Shown piece by piece: positions 57,426 to 64,000 of a stretch of DNA of 64,000 bases. The stretch lies in the NCBI RefSeq assembly GCF_009914755.1, contig NC_060936.1. One strand, given 5' to 3'. Origin of the DNA: the human T2T-CHM13v2.0 reference genome, Homo sapiens. The notes beneath the pieces are model-generated. The model was not told where the DNA came from, ran no database searches, and saw nothing but the letters and a program-made list of their open reading frames with translations. Made by a program: the position numbers and the translations under genes. How positions within the stretch are numbered: position 1 is the first letter of the stretch; each line of letters opens with the position of its first letter.

Positions 57426-58740
57426 AAGATAGATATGTTTTATTTTCCTGATTGATACTTTTTATTGTCTCAATGGCTGTCATTCTTAGGAAATATGTTT
57501 AGTTCAAATTTTACAATAAGACAAATTGTAAAAATATGATTAAAATAAAAAGTTCTTTTTAAATGAATAATTCCTTATGCCTCATGGAAGAACTCTTTTT
57601 GTGGGTTCCATTTCTTTAACTTGTTAGTACAGTATACAGAGTGCCTTGAAAGATCTCATCTTATACAAAATTATCTTTATTAGTGCTTGTATCACTGTGT
57701 TCATAAGTGCTCACATTACATTTCAGTTACTCTATCTGTATAAGCATTCCAAACTTGAGTTAATCTTTAGGAATGAACACTAACATCTGTGGGGCTGTTG
57801 CATTGCTAGTTATGTTCATATATGGTTCTAAGATTTTTATAGAATTTACACATAATTTTTCCATTTTGCTATAATTTTTAAATTTTTGATTTCTTTTAAT
57901 TATATAAAAAATTACAAAACCAAGACATTTCTTAAAGTAGAAAATAAAAAGTAGATGTGCTTATAATTGCCACATCCCAGTTAAGTTATTGCATCCAGAA
58001 GTCATGTCTCAGTGGCATTTGAAAGACAGAAGCTTTCAATATTCATGATATTCATTTGACAAAATGAATTAAAGACAAGATAAAATGAAGATACGTTATA
58101 AGCCTGGAGGTCTTCTGAGTGACAGAGTCTGCAATCAACTAAATGACTAGTCAAAGGAAAGACAAAAGAGAAAGGAAAGCCCGTCTTACAGCTTGTACTG
58201 TGTGTTTCTTCTAAGTCTGGCAATAAAGTGAGAATATTGCTTCTGTATTCATTAATTATTTATCACTAGCTCTCCAAATCTCTGAACAATTTCTGTTGAA
58301 GGAACTACAATACACATGGAGTTATTCATCAAATGCTGATGTTAGCACATTCTCTTTAAGGCTATAAACACGAATGCCAGCTGTCCAGTGAGAATCAGCA
58401 GAGTTCTGATTCATTAAAAGCAGTGAATTTCTCCATATATTGCAAAGAGAAAGAATATCTGATTCTGGTAAATTAACAGGGATAAAAAATATTTATTGCC
58501 ACTTGCAGGAAAAGGTTTAAAGATATTATAGCTAGGGTGGACAATGTAAAAAAATATGTCTATTGGAGAAATGAAATAAAGATAGGCAAAAAAACAATTC
58601 TGATGTTTACATTGCAGTGTAACTCAAACTACTATGCCTTTGACTTATTCAGGCTCCTTTTACTAATTATGCAAAATCAAAGCTAAAAATGCCCTTCATA
58701 TCTAGAAGTTAAAAAGTAAGATTTTTCTAATAAATCTTGA

Positions 58741-59041
58741 TTTTATTTATTTATTTATTTTTGAGGCAGGGTCTTACTCTGTCACCCAGACTGGAGTTCA
58801 TTGGTGTGATCACTGCTCACTACAGCCTCAACTATATGGGCCCAAGTGATTCTCCTCCTTCAGCCTCCCAAATAGCTGGGACTACAGGCACATGCCACCA
58901 CGTCCGGCTAATTTTTGTACTTTTTGTAGAGATGGGGTTTCACCATGTTGCCCAGGCTAGTCTCGAACTCCTGGGCTCAAGAAATCCGCCCCGCCTTGGC
59001 CTCCCAAAGTGCCGGGATTACAGGGGTGAGCCACCGTGGCC
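58741..59041 (-). mobile_element. AluJ
   Basis: gaggcagggtcttactctg...gaactcctgggctcaag. Confidence 0.88.
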
Positions 59042-60409
59042 AATTTTTAAGTTAATGAAATATATCTGAATGCAATTTAGTTACCAGCATAATAGCAATT
59101 CCTTATCTATTTCCCATTTCCTTCAAAATTTCTCCATATAGCACTTTACTTTCTGCCTCAATAGTTGCATCTTTTATTTACCTGTTTTCTTACTCCAATT
59201 TTATTTTTGCTCCTAGATCTGTACTGAAACTATTCTCTAAAGTAGTGACTCTCTAATTTCGTGTGCATAAAAAAACAGGGAAGCCCTGTTAAAATATGGA
59301 TTATCGGGGCCCATTCTGCTATATTCCGATTTAACAGGTGGGAATAATGGAGCAGAAATGGTAAGGTAGAATTAGGATGGCACATTTTAAAGCTAAGTGA
59401 CCAATGTTTTACATAAAGTAACTTCAACTTAACCCCAAATCTATTTTCATTTAAAATTTAAAATAAAATAACATACATTTTATTCTTATAAGTTCAAGTA
59501 GTACGGAGGTTTAAAAGTAAACTGTAGCCTCTCCTCACATATTCTCAATCTCATAACCTAAAGGTAACCCAGGTTAACATTTGGATGAGTGTCTTCATAT
59601 ACATTTTATTTTAATGTACATATGGGCATTATATAATTTCCTTTGTCTAAAACAAGAGGAAGGTATATAGTCAGTCACGTTTCTAACTTTGCTGATTGAT
59701 TTTGATATTTAAATGATCCTCTTGACTTTTCTAGATAGGAAATTGTCTGTAATTAATTCAAATTTGCAAGCCCTCCTTTCCATATTTCACATAGTTTTCT
59801 AAGACCAATAATAGTAGAAACAAAACAATAGCTTTCTTTTGTCATTCATTGAAAAACATATGTATTAAGAATTTGTATGAGGAAACTCCATTTATGTGTA
59901 GAAGACTCTCCAAACCATAATGCCATTTCTACCATAGTCCCTGTGATTGAGAATTTTCAGTTTTCTGTTTGACATCTTCATATGGATGTTATGTCAGTAC
60001 AATAATCTTCCTAAGTCTAAAATGGTATTTGTCCCTGCTGGAAAGGCTGAAAATCATAAGAATCATGTCTTATTTGTTCTCATAAAGCCCAATCCTCCCT
60101 CTCCTTTTATAAACTATTTGTTTCTTATACTCAACTAAACCTTAATCTTATTTATCCTTTATTATCCTGCCTTGGAAATCTACAATCCTTGAGAGGCCTT
60201 GCAGGTGAGCCCACCATGGCTATGTGCTGCTTCTTTGATAAACTGGAACACTAAAATCTTTATTGAGTTTGAAGTCATTGTATTAAGGGTCTTGTCACCC
60301 TAGGTACACCTAGCAGGTATGTAGTTAGGATCTTGTAAACAACCACATCCTTCATCTCTCCCTGTCCATTTGGACTCCCATAAACAACTTAGTATATTAG
60401 AGAAAATAT

Positions 60410-60630
60410 AGTGGCTGTGACCAATGGACTGGAAATATTGCTTGAGTTCAAACCCTAGCTCAGCCACTTAGCAGCTTGACTGCTTGCTTTGCAGAACTTA
60501 TCCTCAAATATCTTATCTTCAAAAGGAGTTAATGCTAGCACTGACCTGTCTTATAAGATTAATAGAAACAAAAGGAATAATTATGTGATGTACTTAGAAT
60601 TGTGCCAAGCACAGACTTAAACACATATTT
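60410..60630 (+). mobile_element. MIR
   Basis: gagttcaaaccctagctcagccacttagcagc...tacttagaattgtgcc. Confidence 0.65.
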
Positions 60631-63600
60631 GTGTTCAGTGTTTATTGTCCTAGACACTGATCATAATCATTAAACCATCTACAAAGAAAGGAAGAACCAA
60701 TCACCTCAAATAACCCTTGATCTCTGCGATAAACGTCAATGCAGAGCTTCCAGCTTGAGATGAAGTGAGAAAATGTCGAGGAAAAAATATAGATCCATAT
60801 ATTTTTTGAAAATTATCTTGTGACACTGGGATTATGAAAAAAGGTAAATATTAGGACTGCCATTTCAAAATTAGAACATTTGTTGACCTCATGGCAAAAG
60901 GAGACATAAGGACTCAGATTAAAAATTACAGAAAAAAGAATATTATAAACACTTAAACAACAAAAATTGAAAGTACATAAATTGTCAAAATACCAGTACT
61001 TAATTTATTTGATCATAAACAGAGTATAGATGAAAATATAACAGCATTTGTAATAATATTTCGTAAACTCTTTTAATTCCCTCTCAAACTAGTCAAATAG
61101 TTTCAATTAGTTCTCTCCACTGGCAAATATTAATTCAAGACATAAACTGAAAAGATAGACTTCTAAAATAATCCTTTCTGCCATCATGAATTATTACCTA
61201 GGCTTACTGGAAAATGTAAATTATCTAAGGAATAGTTGTAATTTAAATATTATACCATTCATTAGATTTTTTTTCCATAGGTAATTTTACAAGGCCATTG
61301 TGAACATTCAAATGTATAACAATTTTGGAATTAGTAGAAATGTATACTTGGCTTTACAAGAAGTTGTAGCCAGTAAAATATAAAATCTTACCTCAGATAT
61401 AAAATTAGACATTAGTTATTTAAAACCTCTATAAAAACCAAACACTTCCTTCTATTATGTATAGATTAGCATTGTACACTGATTTATGAAAAAAACAAAG
61501 CAAAACAGGGATTTAAATGACTACTGTATTTTACTGACTCTATTTGATTAATCAGTGGCTTGTCAAGAGCTCCAGAATTTATTAGAGAAAAATTTCTCTG
61601 AAAAAGTCAATAAAATAATGAATCAAGTATAGGAAGTTGGATGTGTTAAATATAAAATAAAACAACCGGCAACAGAAAAAAAACCCCTAAACTTTCAAAA
61701 TAAAGGAGGAGAGGTCAGTGCAAAACTGTTTATCAGTTTATGAAATCAAATTGGTGGACTATAGATTGTACCCTTGTCGTATGGCTTAACTCCCAAGCTA
61801 TTTATTAGACTGAAATTACTATGATGGCTGTGTTATATTGGTGCACAATAACATCTGAAAAAAGGGATCCCTGAGAACTTTTAATGTTTTTTCTACCACT
61901 AAAAATATAGGTGACAGGGATTCAGAAAAGCTCTATTCTAACAAAGCAAAACCTTCAGACTGTACTCATCTCTTTTTTGTCTTCAAGAAGTCACCAGCTT
62001 CTTCAAGCCAATCCATAATTAGTCAAAGTAGATTATTTTAACACTGAAGATAAATTGAATGCAAATTACATAATGGTAAAGAAATGTGAAAATTATTTCA
62101 CTAATTCCTATTTATAATAGCTTTGTGTAGTATGAATTTTCAGGTGCTAGAGCACTATTTCCTGGAAAATAATCTGAAACTTGTCATTAGGTGACTTAAT
62201 CATTCCATGCAAGTTTTATGTGATCCTTAACCATGAGAATGATGCTATTCCCTCTGGATTCAGCTATTCTTCAATTATGTAGTTTCTATCTTCCCAAGAA
62301 TTTTACTCAACTCTTCTTTCTGATTCCTTTTCCAGTTCATTCTGATCTCCTTTGAAAAGCAAATAAACAAATCAGAAGCTGCTTCTCATTATTTCCAAAC
62401 CACGAAGTGATTCTCTGCTAGCTAATTCTATAACTCTACATACATCAAAACATGCTCTGCTAAGGAGAGTTCCTTTTCAGACTTTTTATTGCAATGTCGC
62501 TTCCTTTAAGTATTTCTAGATTTAGTACATTTTTCCTATTCTTTTTACATTTTATATTGTCTTCACATTTCATATTTTCTTTGCTTTGTTATCGTAATAC
62601 AACATCATTACACTTAAAGCCTACATTTGCATTTTAAGTTTGTGCTTGGAATATCACTATAAAATACACCCACGATTATTTAGGAAATAGATTTTTACCA
62701 TAGAGCAAGAAAATAGTTATATATATTACATGAAACACTAGCAAACTTCTATTTCTAACTTATATTTCCTTCATATTTCCAGAGATATATGCACCAGAAG
62801 CTATGCGTCAAATTAGTTAACTATTTGGTCAAATATGGCTTATGTAGATAAGGCCTGTATTATATTTTAAATTTGTTAAAACAATATCTTTCATTTGCAA
62901 GGTATTGTGTAACTTATATAACATTTTAAAGCATAATAATATAATATACATTACTTGATTTTTATAAAACCATTGTTACAAAGGCTGTATACCAATTTTA
63001 CTGATAAAGAAACAATGCCTATGGCTATTAGTAGCAGGTTTGGGACCAGTTCCAAGTCTTCATATTTATGCTCCATTACTCCTTTCACCAAAGTGCACAA
63101 CTTGGCTAAGTGCAACTTTTGTATAAATAGACTCATAGCCAAGTAAAATTGAATTAACAGGGTTAAAACATTTTGTAGCTTTTATTTAAATGTGTATAGG
63201 CAAGGAAATTATATTTATAACAGGCTTAAAAAGAATTTATAAAAATTGTAAAAACAATTTACTCTGCTAAGGTAGATGAAAACTTAAAGATAAGTGAATT
63301 TTCATAATTCACTTATTTCCTACTTCTTCCAAAAGAAGTAGGTCTGGCAAATAGACATATTAATGATGTTTCTTTGATTCTTTTATTTTTGCTGCCACAT
63401 GTTCCATAATAAAAGAAATAAGTGAAAACTTGTCATTTATATTTACATTTTCTCCAATTGTTTTCAAATTTCTACATAGTATTATATAGCAACAGTGAGT
63501 TTTTATCAACCCGAAGAAAAAGGCCCTCAGCAACAAGAACAAAAATGTTGGGAAGTGATGCAAGGCATACTGTACCTGTTAATAATTGCACTTAATCAAA

Positions 63601-64000
63601 TTATCTGAGAGGAGAGGTCTCCTGAATATGGATTCTGAATATGGTTTCTATATAGGGTCTAACTCCATAGGATTCAAATGGGACTCAGAAAATTTTCCTA
63701 AAAGACAGCAGACAACCATATACCAGATTTCCAGAATAATTGATTTAATCATACACTTTATATAAAAAAGTTACATTTTATAGTGGGAAAAAAGTAAATT
63801 ACCAAAAGATGATTTTACGTTTTCCAAATGAAAATATGCAGAACCCAGAGAATCCAGTGGTTTAGTTAAGATTACATACATAAGATTACAAGAAATGAAA
63901 CTAGACTAAAGGTCATGACTGCTGATTCTCTATACACTTACATTTGTTTCAATAAATAGTTACTTTCCAAGAAAAAAAAGTTTTAGAAATTTCTGACCTA

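Overview
AT-rich hominoid (human or great ape) genomic DNA, identified by AluY/S/J elements and an SVA. It looks like an intergenic or deep intronic region. I find no credible protein-coding exon, RNA gene or CRISPR. The recognisable ORFs in the track come from Alu, SVA, MaLR-internal, L1 or Tigger2 sequence; the rest look like chance frames. The window is a record of transposable elements: a full THE1D-like MaLR provirus with TSDs, a near-full-length Tigger2, Tigger3b, MER47A, a full-length older-type SVA, two 5'-inverted L1M elements, many solo LTRs, Alus, MIRs and microsatellites. Subfamily names come from recalled consensus sequences and need RepeatMasker/Dfam confirmation. The two most unusual structures are (i) an LTR-less MaLR internal sequence ending in an inverted LTR stub, whose pre-insertion empty site survives in a nearby local duplicate (49182-52165), and (ii) an Alu plus L1MA 3' end enclosed by a single target-site duplication (56409-57008). 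I could not support a novel multi-gene biological system here.
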